A stretch of DNA of 63,806 bases, counting the filler, from Stramenopiles sp. TOSAG23-6 (lineage: Eukaryota): assembly GCA_900128565.1 (NCBI GenBank). It is 18 parts of 18 records of this genome, joined end to end, with 100 filler letters (N's around TTAATTAATTAA, not from the genome) between each part and the next. Parts side by side here need not be neighbours in the genome. Positions count along the whole stretch, not along the records: positions 49,752 to 53,193 come from LT637502.1; positions 53,294 to 56,732 come from LT637503.1; positions 56,833 to 60,269 come from LT637504.1; positions 60,370 to 63,806 come from LT637505.1; 14 more parts are not named here. One strand, given 5' to 3'. This document shows, piece by piece, positions 52,114-63,723 of the stretch (its first letter is position 1; each line of letters opens with the position of its first letter). Under the pieces are notes generated by a model that did no database searches, was not told where the DNA came from, and worked only from the letters and a program-made list of their open reading frames with translations. The position numbers and the translations under genes were made by a program.

Positions 52114-52946
52114 ATGGCACAAGAAGATGTACCTAATGACTTAATGTGTCCTATCACATGCGAAGTATTTGAAGATCCGGTGATGGCTGCAGATGGTCAC
52201 ACGTATGAGCGCGATGCAATTTTGCAGCACTTTCGTACAAAAAATACGTCGCCTAGAACAAACATTGAGTTGCCTCATAAAAATCTTCTGCCAAATATTA
52301 TTGTTAAATCTCTATGTATCGAATGGAAAGAAAAACAAGCAAAGAAAACCATTGATATGGATTCACTATTATGGAAATGTTTTCAAGCAAAACAGCCAAG
52401 TGATATTATTCAGGCCGTTTCACAAATGATTGAGATGGTCACACAGTCTGATGTATGTGTCCTTCAAATGTCACGTCTCAAAAAAATAATACCTGTAGAA
52501 AAAATCACCAAAGATGTAGAATCTGCATTGGATACATTATATACACTATGCAAAGCAAAATATGACAATGGGCTTCAAGAAATTTCTAAAATTAAACAAA
52601 TGAGAGAAGTCAATGAAGAATCCGTTATTGTTTTACAAGCAAAGATTGAAGAGGAAAATGAGGTGAAGAAAGCAGAGGCTGAACTTAAAAAGGCAAAGAA
52701 AAAATTACCAGCAGCAAAAAAACGTCTTACAGCTGCGGAAAAGAATATGAAGAAGATTGAGAGTGCTATTGCAGATGCTAAAATAAAATATGAAGAAGCT
52801 GTTGAAGCACAAAAGAAACAAACTGATCGTTTGAATGGTTTAAAAAAGTTGACAAAAACATTTAAAGAAGAGGAGACGAGACTATCTGCTGCTTTGAAAC
52901 CATTTGATGATGTCGATGATGAAAATGTACCACCTGTAGTATCTAA

Positions 52947-52982
<36 letters not shown>

Positions 52983-53193
52983 AAAAAAACGAAAATCGAG
53001 TTCTTCAATGTCTAATAGTACAGTGGTGAAACGTCAAAAGATAGAAAACAAAGGTGCACAGAATTTATTTGAACTTGGTTATGCAAAATATTATGGGATT
53101 GACTTCAAGACTATTGATGAAGAGAATGGAAAACTAATGATTGAATCTGCAGCTATTGCTGGTTTTCCAATGGCTATTGCATATTGTACATAT
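52114..53193 (+). CDS. U-box protein with coiled coil and start of Sel1-like repeats (3' partial)
   Basis: PNDLMCPITCEVFEDPVMAADGHTYERDAI...SPRTN...LLPN, then AQNLFELG...AAIAGFPMA. Confidence 0.88.
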
Positions 53194-53463
53194 NNNNNNN
53201 NNNNNNNNNNNNNNNNNNNNNNNNNNNNNNNNNNNNNTTAATTAATTAANNNNNNNNNNNNNNNNNNNNNNNNNNNNNNNNNNNNNNNNNNNNTTTTAAT
53301 TTATTTTTTTTTGGTATGAAATTTTGTTCCTAAACAAAGAATTTTTTTTTTTTTTTTTTTGGAATGTATGCTTTTGTTATGAATTTTATTTCTTATTTTT
53401 CGTTTTAATTTTATACCTAACGACTGTGTTACAAGAAACCAAAAATAATTTTTCACAATTCAG

Positions 53464-54423
53464 GGAAGCCGCTGCAGAATTACAAGGTAGAAAATATAAA
53501 GCAACATATGACGGCGATTGTGAAGAGGTAAGCGAAATGTATGTTTTATTTTTTTTCAATATCAATTGTTTTTTTTCGTACTAAATTTTGTACCTAACGA
53601 TTTTTTTACAAAAAAATATTTTTCACAATACATCATCACTGAATCTGAATTTACTTTGAATTTTCCTGATCCTGGAGGATGTGATGGAAATATTATTCAA
53701 GTCACAGATGTTGGTTTTACATACCCTCTGGAAACTTTAGAAGATATTGAAGAAAACACCAATGAAGAAAAAATTGCATTTTCTGCTTTGCCAGAAGAGG
53801 ATCGGAAAATTTTTGATTGTTTGAATTTTTCCTTAGATTCAAATAGTAGAGTTGCTTTATTGGGAAGAAATGGTTGCGGAAAATCCACATTAATTAAATT
53901 AATTATGGGTAAGTTAACTCCTTCAATTGGTCGAGTGACTGATAGTAGACATGCTCGAGTTGGTTATGTTGCACAACATCAAGTTGAACAGTTAGACTTA
54001 TCAATGACGTCATTAGAGTTTTTACAGAGCAAATTTCCAGGCGATGGAAGTTATGATCACATACTAAAGCTTCGTCAATATTTAGCTGGATTTGGTTTGG
54101 GAGGTGACACTTTACCAAATCAAAAAATACGTACTCTCTCAGGAGGTCAAAAATGTAGATTATGTTTTGCAGAGGTAATGTATACAAAACCACATTTGTT
54201 GATTATGGATGAGCCTACAAATCATTTAGATTTGGAAACTGTAGATGCCCTTATCAAGGCAGTTGAAGATTTCAAGGGTGGTTTAGTCATTGTCAGTCAT
54301 GACCAATATTTACTAAATCATGTAGTTCAAGAGTTGTGGGTAGTGGGTAATAAAAAATGTGAAAAATTCCCTGGAGATTTTACTGCATATAAACGAAAAG
54401 TAATTAAAGAAAGTCGTCGGTGA
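53464..54423 (+). CDS. ABC-F family ATPase, C-terminal domain
   Basis: GRNGCGKSTL, LSGGQKCR, MDEPTNHLD and VSHD, with no TM segments. GT-AT intron 53539-53633. Confidence 0.9.
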
Positions 54424-54551
54424 AATAATACGTTTTCCTTAAAATGTTCAAAAGTTAATAAATACACAATGATGTTTGAATAAATTAACAAAAATTCTTT
54501 TACTTTTCAACAATTTTATAAATTAAATAAATCAACAAAAATTGAGTGATC

Positions 54552-56342
54552 CTATACACCCCAATCATCGTGCCACTGTAAAGGCTCGAATAAATTGTTA
54601 TTGAAGGAGAATGCACCAGTATTTGTATCGTCAAGGTTTTCAGTTTTCTTTTGAACTTGAAGAAATTTCGAATTTTCATGAGACAGATTTGTGTTTTTCT
54701 TACTCTTAACATCATGATCTACATTTTTACTTTCTGCTTTCGGTGGTGTAGTTTCTGAAACCTTATTAATTTTAAAATTAGAATATTTTGGCAATGTTGC
54801 CTCATTGTCACCGATTTTTGTTTGTTTTTCTCTATTTTGAACTTCAATGGCACGAAATCTACTTTCCAATTTCTTTTTCAAATCTTCAGTTATAATTCTC
54901 TGTTTATCTATTTCGTGTGATATTTCTTGAATTTTCTTTTTAAAACCAATTTCCTTCATTCGCGGAGATGTTGGTAAATGTTGTTGCTGCCAATTTATTG
55001 CTTTCTGTATTTCCTGCTGTCTTCGGACTAATTCAAAATCACCACTATTATTCGCTAGCTGACCTACTTTCATCTGGCGACTAAGATTCATTTGTTGTAC
55101 TCGATGATTATAATCCATATCGGTGATGCTACCCCCATTTCCAACACCATATAAAGATTGAGTAACAATATCATTATTAGTTGAAACAGTTCCATCTCCT
55201 GCAATGCCTTTAAATCGATGTTGATCCGGACCTCCAACAAGATTATTTACGTTGGTCAAATCACCATTTTTAGCTTTTATGGAATACATGTTTACAAGTG
55301 AATTTTCTATAGGACTACGCTGGTTTTGTAGACTAGAAAAAGTTTCAACAAAGACTGGGGGTGGGACACCTTCAAGATTACCGTTAATATCTATGGCTTG
55401 ACCCTCGCGCGGTGGTTTGAACCATTGATGACTGGGTAAAGTTGTCTGTCGCTGCATTCCTTGCATATTATTTTGTGGTATTCCTTGCATATTATTTTGT
55501 TGCATCGCTTGCATATTATTTTGTTGCATCCCTTGCATATTATTTTGTTGCATTCCTTGCATATTATTTTGTTGCATTTCTTGCATATTACTGAATTGCA
55601 TTCCTTGCATATTATTTTGTGGTATTCCTTGCATATTATTTTGTTGCATTCCTTGCATATTACTGAATTGCATTCCTTGCATATTATTTTGTTGCATTCC
55701 TTGCATATTACTTTGTTGCATTCCTTGCATATTATTACTTTGAATACTCTGCTGAACAAAACGGTGTTGATCTGGTATTGGAGGCCCAACTGGCGGTGCC
55801 ACTTTTGTCTGTGTTACTCTTCGAGCTTCCATTGGAACAGCCAAAATCTCTGCAGGTGGAGGCACACCATTATATGCTTCAGTGTTTTTTATATCAATAC
55901 TAGTGCCTTGTTTTGGTCTTTTAAAATAAAAACTTTGCTGTGCGGGATATTGTTGAAACGTCTGCCTTTGTTGATCTTGTGATATATTACCCCTTTGAAT
56001 ATTACCTCCACGTGAATTTTTTGGAATACCTCTGTCAGATTTTAAATCTTTCCCCTTCTTAGAACGAAATAGAAAGTTTTTGTGAGCTTCTCTCTTATCT
56101 ACAAAACCAGGAATTATTGGAAGATCTTCTAATAATCTATCTACATCTGAACTTGAAATAATATTGTATGATTTTCGTTCAACTGTCTCCTCTTCCCTTA
56201 TTTTCTGTGTATCCTGAAGCTGTAGGAAATTTGGACTCTCTGGTATCATCGCTGATAACTGGATGTTTGTTAAAGCAACGATGCGAGGCAAAAACAGCAC
56301 TCCTACTACAAGCCTTACGATGACAGTATTATAGATCTGCAT
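54552..56342 (-). CDS. Putative secreted protein with (NNMQGMQQ)n repeats
   Basis: 596-aa ORF with hydrophobic N-terminus and an octapeptide repeat. Confidence 0.7.
   Translation of the reverse strand: MQIYNTVIVRLVVGVLFLPRIVALTNIQLSAMIPESPNFLQLQDTQKIREEETVERKSYNIISSSDVDRLLEDLPIIPGFVDKREAHKNFLFRSKKGKDLKSDRGIPKNSRGGNIQRGNISQDQQRQTFQQYPAQQSFYFKRPKQGTSIDIKNTEAYNGVPPPAEILAVPMEARRVTQTKVAPPVGPPIPDQHRFVQQSIQSNNMQGMQQSNMQGMQQNNMQGMQFSNMQGMQQNNMQGIPQNNMQGMQFSNMQEMQQNNMQGMQQNNMQGMQQNNMQAMQQNNMQGIPQNNMQGMQRQTTLPSHQWFKPPREGQAIDINGNLEGVPPPVFVETFSSLQNQRSPIENSLVNMYSIKAKNGDLTNVNNLVGGPDQHRFKGIAGDGTVSTNNDIVTQSLYGVGNGGSITDMDYNHRVQQMNLSRQMKVGQLANNSGDFELVRRQQEIQKAINWQQQHLPTSPRMKEIGFKKKIQEISHEIDKQRIITEDLKKKLESRFRAIEVQNREKQTKIGDNEATLPKYSNFKINKVSETTPPKAESKNVDHDVKSKKNTNLSHENSKFLQVQKKTENLDDTNTGAFSFNNNLFEPLQWHDDWGV
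55453..55738 (-). repeat. 24-bp coding minisatellite (about 12 units)
   Basis: Variants of TTGCATATTATTTTGTTGCATTCC. Confidence 0.92.
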
Positions 56343-56920
56343 AATATGGATCTTTTCTCTAAGTTTTAATGAACTAGATCTAATTGATCATGCAGGAACC
56401 TGCTCTAAAAAACGTCTTTTTTGTTGTTGATCACGTTAGAAATTTGAATTTTTCGATCATGCGATGTTATTTTCATGAATTCAAAAAAATTCAAAAAAAT
56501 CCTTCTTTTTACGTATGGTACCGGGTACCCTGTACATAAATGTAAAAACTTTTCTTTATTTTTTACAATACACATAAAAAGTACCAACGACATTAGACTG
56601 ATTATATCGATAATTATTTTGCCTTAGCCAGTGATCTACACGACTTTGCAAAGTATCACTATTTTCTTTTCTTCTACAAAATTGAAATATAAACATTCCA
56701 CGCAAGAGTTTATTTGTTGTTGTATTTCGGAANNNNNNNNNNNNNNNNNNNNNNNNNNNNNNNNNNNNNNNNNNNNTTAATTAATTAANNNNNNNNNNNN
56801 NNNNNNNNNNNNNNNNNNNNNNNNNNNNNNNNAAAAAAAAATTGAAAATTTGTTAGGTACAAAATTTACTATAAAAAAAAAATAAATTTGAAATTGAAAA
56901 TGAAAAAAAAAAAAACATAC

Positions 56921-58786
56921 ATAATATTTTAAGAAAGTTCTTTCTTGCGAACAGCATTCAAGAAGCATCGCACATAACTCACCTTCACCACCAATAGGAA
57001 TATTAATTTTTAATAATTTATATGTTGTGAAATAATATTTGTAATTTTTTTTTTTTTGTTAGGTACAAAATTTTCATACAAAAAAAAAATTGTAGAAAAT
57101 GTCTAAAAATTTTTTTTTTTTTTTGTTAGGTACAAAATTTTCATACAAAAAAAAAAATTGTAGAAAATTTCTAAAAAAGTAGAAACGTACATGCACACAT
57201 TCTTCAAAAGCAAGTGATGACATTAATGTTAGATAAATGGTACGCCGCATATTGACCAAGTCTGTTTCAGTACAATCGGCAATAGTTAATTGTTTGGATT
57301 TTTCGCCAAGTGGTGCAATTTGATTCATATTTTCTTGAGTAGGGTTAGGGTCTTCNTCATTTTCGTCGTCATCGCCTTCGGTACCACTGTCAGAAGAACT
57401 NCCATCATCATCATCATCATCATCATCATCNCTACTAGAACTTGACTCACTATCATCCCCCAACACTTCGGATTTTATTTGTTTCCATATTTTTTCACCT
57501 TGAATATACTCAGGATCAAAAACAAATTCATTTAAATTCTTCTGCGTGTCAAATTCATCGTCCATACCCACTTCATGNGTTACTTTATCATCATCCTCAA
57601 CCAAGTCTAATCCTGGTAACGTAATAGGAAACTCTTTGAACCCTTTGCGTCTCATGACAAATAATTGTTCGACAACGTATTGAGTTTTAACATTNATCTG
57701 TCCTTCATGCAAAATTCGTCGAAATAATTGGAAAATGGCATTTATAGCAGCTGGTGCAGTATCAGATATATATTGACCAACTTCTTTCATTAAATTGACG
57801 GCAACTAACACGGAGTCATTTGTCGGATCTTCTAATAAAACAGTCAACAATTGTAATACTAATATTTCGTGTACTACTTCTTGATTGACTAAATGAGCCA
57901 CCATTTTTGTAAGCGCAACAATTTTCACTTTATCATTTGTAGTATAGGCAACACGAAAATTTTCGATGGCTCGCTTTACCGTTAATTCGCCAATTTCAGG
58001 TAGTTTTGTGTTAATCACTGCAACAAGAGCACAATATACACTTGTAAAGGATGGAGATGCCTTTTGCGCGTTGAGTATGCCTTTGACAAAGAGACCACGA
58101 CCACGTACTAAATTACACTTGAAAAAGGAAGGAATCATTTCCTTCATGTTGGACACATTTATCTTATTGATTGCGCTATTCAACTGTTTTTTTAAAGATT
58201 TCCAGGATAGTTTCTGTGCTTCAATGCTGTTTTTATCAGGAATCTTTTGCTTTCCCATTCGTGCCAACTTGAAAGGTGGTATGTATTTTCCAGTATACAC
58301 AGGCTTTGATGGTTCATTTTTTTTTCCCTCATGTTGTCCTCTATTTCTTGATTTTCGACTGTTGCGTTCTCTAGATCTCGAATGTCGTCCATCGCGATCT
58401 CTTGATCTAGAATATCGTCTTTCACGTTCCCTAGATCTCGAGTGTCGTCTATTGCGTTCCCTTGAAGAACGAGAACGTCGTCTATTGCGTTCCCTAGATC
58501 TAGAACGTCGTCTACCGCGATCCCTAGATCTGGAACGTCGTCTATCATGAACGCTTGAACGTTTTCCATCATGTTCCTTTGAACGTCGCCTATCATTGTT
58601 CTGTTCATCATCATCCTTGTTCTGGGTCGTTGGGGAATTTTCCATAGCACCATCAGGTCCTTTTTCTACAGAACTGCTCGAACCTGAAGAGGACGAAATT
58701 GAACGCGACCTTGAACGACGCCGCTTGCGCTCTCTAGACCGCGACTTTGATCGTGAACGTTGACGCTTCTTTGCAGGTGATGTCAT
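56921..58786 (-). CDS. CWC22: CWC22 (second, allelic copy of the contig)
   Basis: Essentially identical to 21435-23300. Intron at 57020-57190. Confidence 0.93.
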
Positions 58787-59171
58787 TGAGAATGTGCGAA
58801 GAAGATTATATTGAGAGAAGTAATACACAAAATGACAATAACTTCTGAGAAGTCACCGCAATATTATAGTATACACACACTCAAGTCTGAGAGGAGAAGG
58901 TACGACAGTCAAAAAACTTCTTTCGGAACTTCAAAAGAAAAACTCGCATGATGCACGCAACACACAATTTTGTACCAATTTTTATTACTTAAGCCATCAC
59001 ACAAGCGACACGTAAAAACCCTAACCCTAGGTACTACCTACATTCAATCAGAGAGAGGAAGTAAAAAATGTCATCAATTTTATGACCAATTTTATTTGGA
59101 CACACATATAAAGACTATATATATTTCTCTGGATGGATTACACTCATTTCTAATGTTATATTCTAAATAAT

Positions 59172-59644
59172 CACATATACTGTGTAATAACACACTGCGA
59201 CTATACACGTATACAATGGTTGGTGGTGTAGAAAAAACCACACTATTTCATGAAATATGCGTAAAAACTGCAGACAAGACCGCTTTAATTCCACGCCCAG
59301 TCGTTTTAAGTCCTTTTCTTTCTGAAGCATTGGCAATAAATGAATATATCGCGTTGTATAAGCAGTTTTTACTTGATAATTTCGATGCGTATGTTGATTC
59401 AAGGCGTTTTCTTGAAGCAACTGGTGAATCCTCAAAAATGACTGATGAGCAGCGTGAAGTGATTGATAAAGAATGCGTTCAATTTGCGAATTCTTGTTGT
59501 ACAAGAATTGAACATCTCAAAAATTTGGAAGGAAAAAAAAGTACTACGGCGAATGATACAGAAATGAATATACATCGTGGATCTTTGCTCTTCCATCAAA
59601 AAAATGTCTCTGGTATTTTATTTGATCGGTACGTGTTTGACCCA

Positions 59645-59686
<42 letters not shown>

Positions 59687-59754
59687 CGGAAATTTTTTCC
59701 CTAAAGATTTTTTTTTTTTTAAAAAAAAAAAAATCTTTAGGGAAAAAATTTCCG

Positions 59755-59796
<42 letters not shown>

Positions 59797-60269
59797 TGGG
59801 TCAAACACGTACCGATCAAATAAAATACCAGAGACATTTTTTTGATGGAAGAGCAAAGATCCACGATGTATATTCATTTCTGTATCATTCGCCGTAGTAC
59901 TTTTTTTTCCTTCCAAATTTTTGAGATGTTCAATTCTTGTACAACAAGAATTCGCAAATTGAACGCATTCTTTATCAATCACTTCACGCTGCTCATCAGT
60001 CATTTTTGAGGATTCACCAGTTGCTTCAAGAAAACGCCTTGAATCAACATACGCATCGAAATTATCAAGTAAAAACTGCTTATACAACGCGATATATTCA
60101 TTTATTGCCAATGCTTCAGAAAGAAAAGGACTTAAAACGACTGGGCGTGGAATTAAAGCGGTCTTGTCTGCAGTTTTTACGCATATTTCATGAAATAGTG
60201 TGGTTTTTTCTACACCACCAACCATTGTATACGTGTATAGTCGCAGTGTGTTATTACACAGTATATGTG
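59172..60269. repeat. Fold-back inverted repeat (second copy)
   Basis: Mirror ORFs 59216+ and 60225-. Confidence 0.88.
59216..59628 (+). CDS. Syntaxin-18-like exon (second copy)
   Basis: Identical to 23747-24159. Confidence 0.72.
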
Positions 60270-60466
60270 NNNNNNNNNNNNNNNNNNNNNNNNNNNNNNN
60301 NNNNNNNNNNNNNTTAATTAATTAANNNNNNNNNNNNNNNNNNNNNNNNNNNNNNNNNNNNNNNNNNNNAATTTTTTTTTTTTTTTTTTTTTTGTTAGGT
60401 ACAAAATTTACTATGAAAAAAAAATGTAAAAATTTTAAAAAAAGTTTAAAAAATGAAAACAAACAT

Positions 60467-61388
60467 TCGAGCCTTTTCCTTGAGAGATTTGGATTCTTTT
60501 GTTAAATTCCAGAAATGACGACTTAAATCTTCTTTTTCAATAATTGCGCCATCCACTTTTTTTTGTAATGTTTCAAATAGTGTAGTGAAATATTTCAAAA
60601 AACAAAATTTTTGTTTAGGTACAATATTATCTACGAAAAAATATTTTAAAATTTGAAATTTCAAAAAAAAAAAAAAATGTTTAGGTACAAAATTTCGTAT
60701 GAAAAAAAAAACGTACTACATGAGTCATATATTTTTTTTTCCTTTCATCTGTAATTGTTTTATGCTTTTCAAATTCTTCTTTAACTCTCTCAATTTGTTT
60801 TTCATATTCTTCTATTTTATCCTTATATTTTTGTTCCTGTTTTAAATTTCTACGTTGGTGTATCCCAACAGATTCAAGTTCTTGACGAGCTTGAGCTAAA
60901 TCAACACGATGAGCATCGCGTAGTTCTCGATTATACAACTTATCTTCTTTTAATTTTGTTGAAAGTTGTGCGACTTGACCTTCCAAGGATAGTCGAATAT
61001 GTCTTTCTTGGTTTAGTGTATTGGTCATTGATACTACATCATCTTTTAATGACGATAATTCTGCTGTAGTTGATGCTATACGAACTTTTGATTCATGTTC
61101 AATTTCACATTTCTCTGTATATAATTCGGAATTACGTTCAGTTAACTCTTTATAGGTAGCGAATTTATCTTCAAGAAGTTTTATAGGAATTTCATGTTTT
61201 TCAACTAATGAAAGGCAATGTAATGCTTGACGCCATAATTGATCTTTACGTTGGATATGACTGCGATATTGAGATACACTTACCTCATCTGTTTTTGGTT
61301 TTTTTGGTTCGTTATTCTTTTTTTGACTTTTGAATGAAGATTTCATGTTGTTTGAAACGTTTCGTGTCTTTTTGTTTTGTGAATTCAT
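60467..61388 (-). CDS. Coiled-coil protein, first exons
   Basis: E/K/L-rich heptad-like ORF. Intron about 60580-60716. Confidence 0.6.
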
Positions 61389-62137
61389 TGTATTCAACAG
61401 TGATATGTAGAGTAATTATATCATTAATGATTTGTTAATTATGTACAGAATAGCATTTTTAGCTTCATTGTACTCTTTTGTACTATAATCAAAATTGTAA
61501 TACGTTGTAGAATAAAACGAAGTTTGAGAAATAGGAATTTTAGAAAAACGTTGAAAAATTGTAACTGTTAAATTTTTTTTCTAAAAAAAGCAGGTTTGTC
61601 GGATATATGTTGTACTATATTCTGTATAATTTTGAATATTTTGAATATTTTTGATTACATACAAAAACCGTACAAAAACCGACGTCGCATTTTTTTTTTC
61701 CGTTACATAACGTGTATATGCTTACGTCTGTACGACGTAAAAAGACCGGTAATATCTTTTTTCGTTTATCTATTACAATAGTCTAACTTATCACGTGCAA
61801 AAGAAATATAAAATACAATATATATATTATATATATCATCGTATATCATGCAGCAGCAGCATAGTGGTTTACATAAAACAATTGTATATACTATTGATGC
61901 TACCAAAACAAATTATTATACTTCATTTATTCTTATATAATAATATTGATATCACCAAAACAATAAGCATATTGATCATATTTATGATTTATTCTCTTCA
62001 GTGTTCTACGTATATTTGGATTCCGTACCATTTTTTGGTACTTAACAAAAAATATTATATTTTGAATCATTTGAATCTTTCAACCATATCGATGTACATA
62101 CATTTCCAAACCTACAAGAGGATTTGTTTTACTTGTA

Positions 62138-63723
62138 TTAACCATATCGATGTACATACATTTCCAAACCTACAAGAGGATTTGAAGTTCGTTTTTGATA
62201 TGGATTGTCTATTCTTTTACGTGCTTGTTGAGCTCTTCTTTTTCTTTGTCTTTTCCATAACGATCTCATTCGTTCACTATTTCTATTTTTTTGATTTTTT
62301 TCAGATGTTGTACTTTCATTATGATGTTTTCGTGTATTTCGTATAGTAGACCGAATCATCCGTTTTTTCATGGTTGTATTAGGGTTAGGATTACGTTGTT
62401 GTATATTTGTTGTATTTAAATCATCACGATAATATGTATGTGATGATGTTGGATGTCTAATTTGTCCATACGATGATACTTGTCCAATAGTATTTGATCC
62501 AATAGTGTTTGATCCAATATTTGAGACTCGATACCCTTTCATTTTAAATTGTGGATTTTTTTGTTTTCTTCCTAACCCTACTATTGCTGATGTTTGTCGT
62601 ATATTTCGTGTATTTCGTGTATTTCTATAATTTTGTGACATTTGAGAATTTCCATAATTTTGTGTAGTTCCATAATTTTGAGAATTTCGTACAATAGGAT
62701 TTAGGGTTAGGGTTTCCATGGATACATTTGAGTTTTGTACAGGTCGAAATGTTGATGATGATGATGAGATTTGAAGATGTCGATTTTGTTGTTGTTGAGA
62801 TCGACGATTTCGTGTCATATTACGAAAATTAGGGTTAGGGTTATAATCAGCAGTGTAACGAATGGTAGGGTTAGGATTATACATATATTGTGAATTTATA
62901 TTTACAAATGGTAGGGTTAGGGTTAGGTGCAAAATGGCTATATTTGTTTTTTTTTACATTCAAATCAAATCAAATAGTACAATGTGTATTGTACAAATAT
63001 TGTAAAAAAAGTAAAAAAAAGTAAAAAAAAGTAAAAAAAGTAGAAAAAGTAAAAAAATTTCTGAATTTAATTTTTTTTTTTTCAAAAAAAAAAAAAAAAA
63101 AAAAAAAAAATTATACATTCTTGGTATTCTTGGTAAACAATACATACATATCTCCTAATAAAGGATCATTTTGTCGATATCGAGATGATCTAGAGCTTTT
63201 TATTGAAGATGATATTGCTCTAGGGTTAGGGTTGTCATCAAAACGTGATTGTTGTCCTCGATATTGTTGTTGTTGTTTTAATTGGTGTTGGTATCGTTGA
63301 TATTTTTGATATTCTTGATATTGTTGTTGTTGACGACGTTGTTGTCGACTTCGAGTGACATATTGCTGTTGTCGTTGTAACTGCTGTTGCTGTTGTTCTA
63401 GTTGTAACTGTTGTTGTAACTGTTGTTGCTGTTGTTCTAGTTGTAACTGTTGTTGTAACTGCTGTTGCTGTTGTTCTAGTTGTAACTGTTGTTGTCGTTG
63501 CTTTCGTTGCTTTCGTTGTTTTCGTTGTTGCTTTTGAGCTTTTCGTTCATCATTAAGTGTTTTATCATGATGTAATAATGTCTCTATACCACCACTTCTT
63601 ATACTGTCACTACTACTGTTTTTTCTAACATCTTTGAGTGTATTTTGTTTTGTTTCCTGAATTTCTTTAGGATTAGATTTTTCATGTGTATTCGTGGTAC
63701 TAGGTGGTCCAAATGCAAAAGGA
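62138..63723 (-). CDS. Low-complexity Q/N/R-rich protein, last exons
   Basis: Acceptor CCAAAATACAT at about 63724, (QQQLQ)n repeats, intron about 62939-63137, and many NPNP motifs. Confidence 0.5.

Noticed and set aside
3461-60369. Regularly spaced TTAATTAATTAA repeats (array-like periodicity)
   Set aside because: Artificial linkers inside N runs. The spacing reflects length-sorted contigs, so gene adjacency across them is meaningless.
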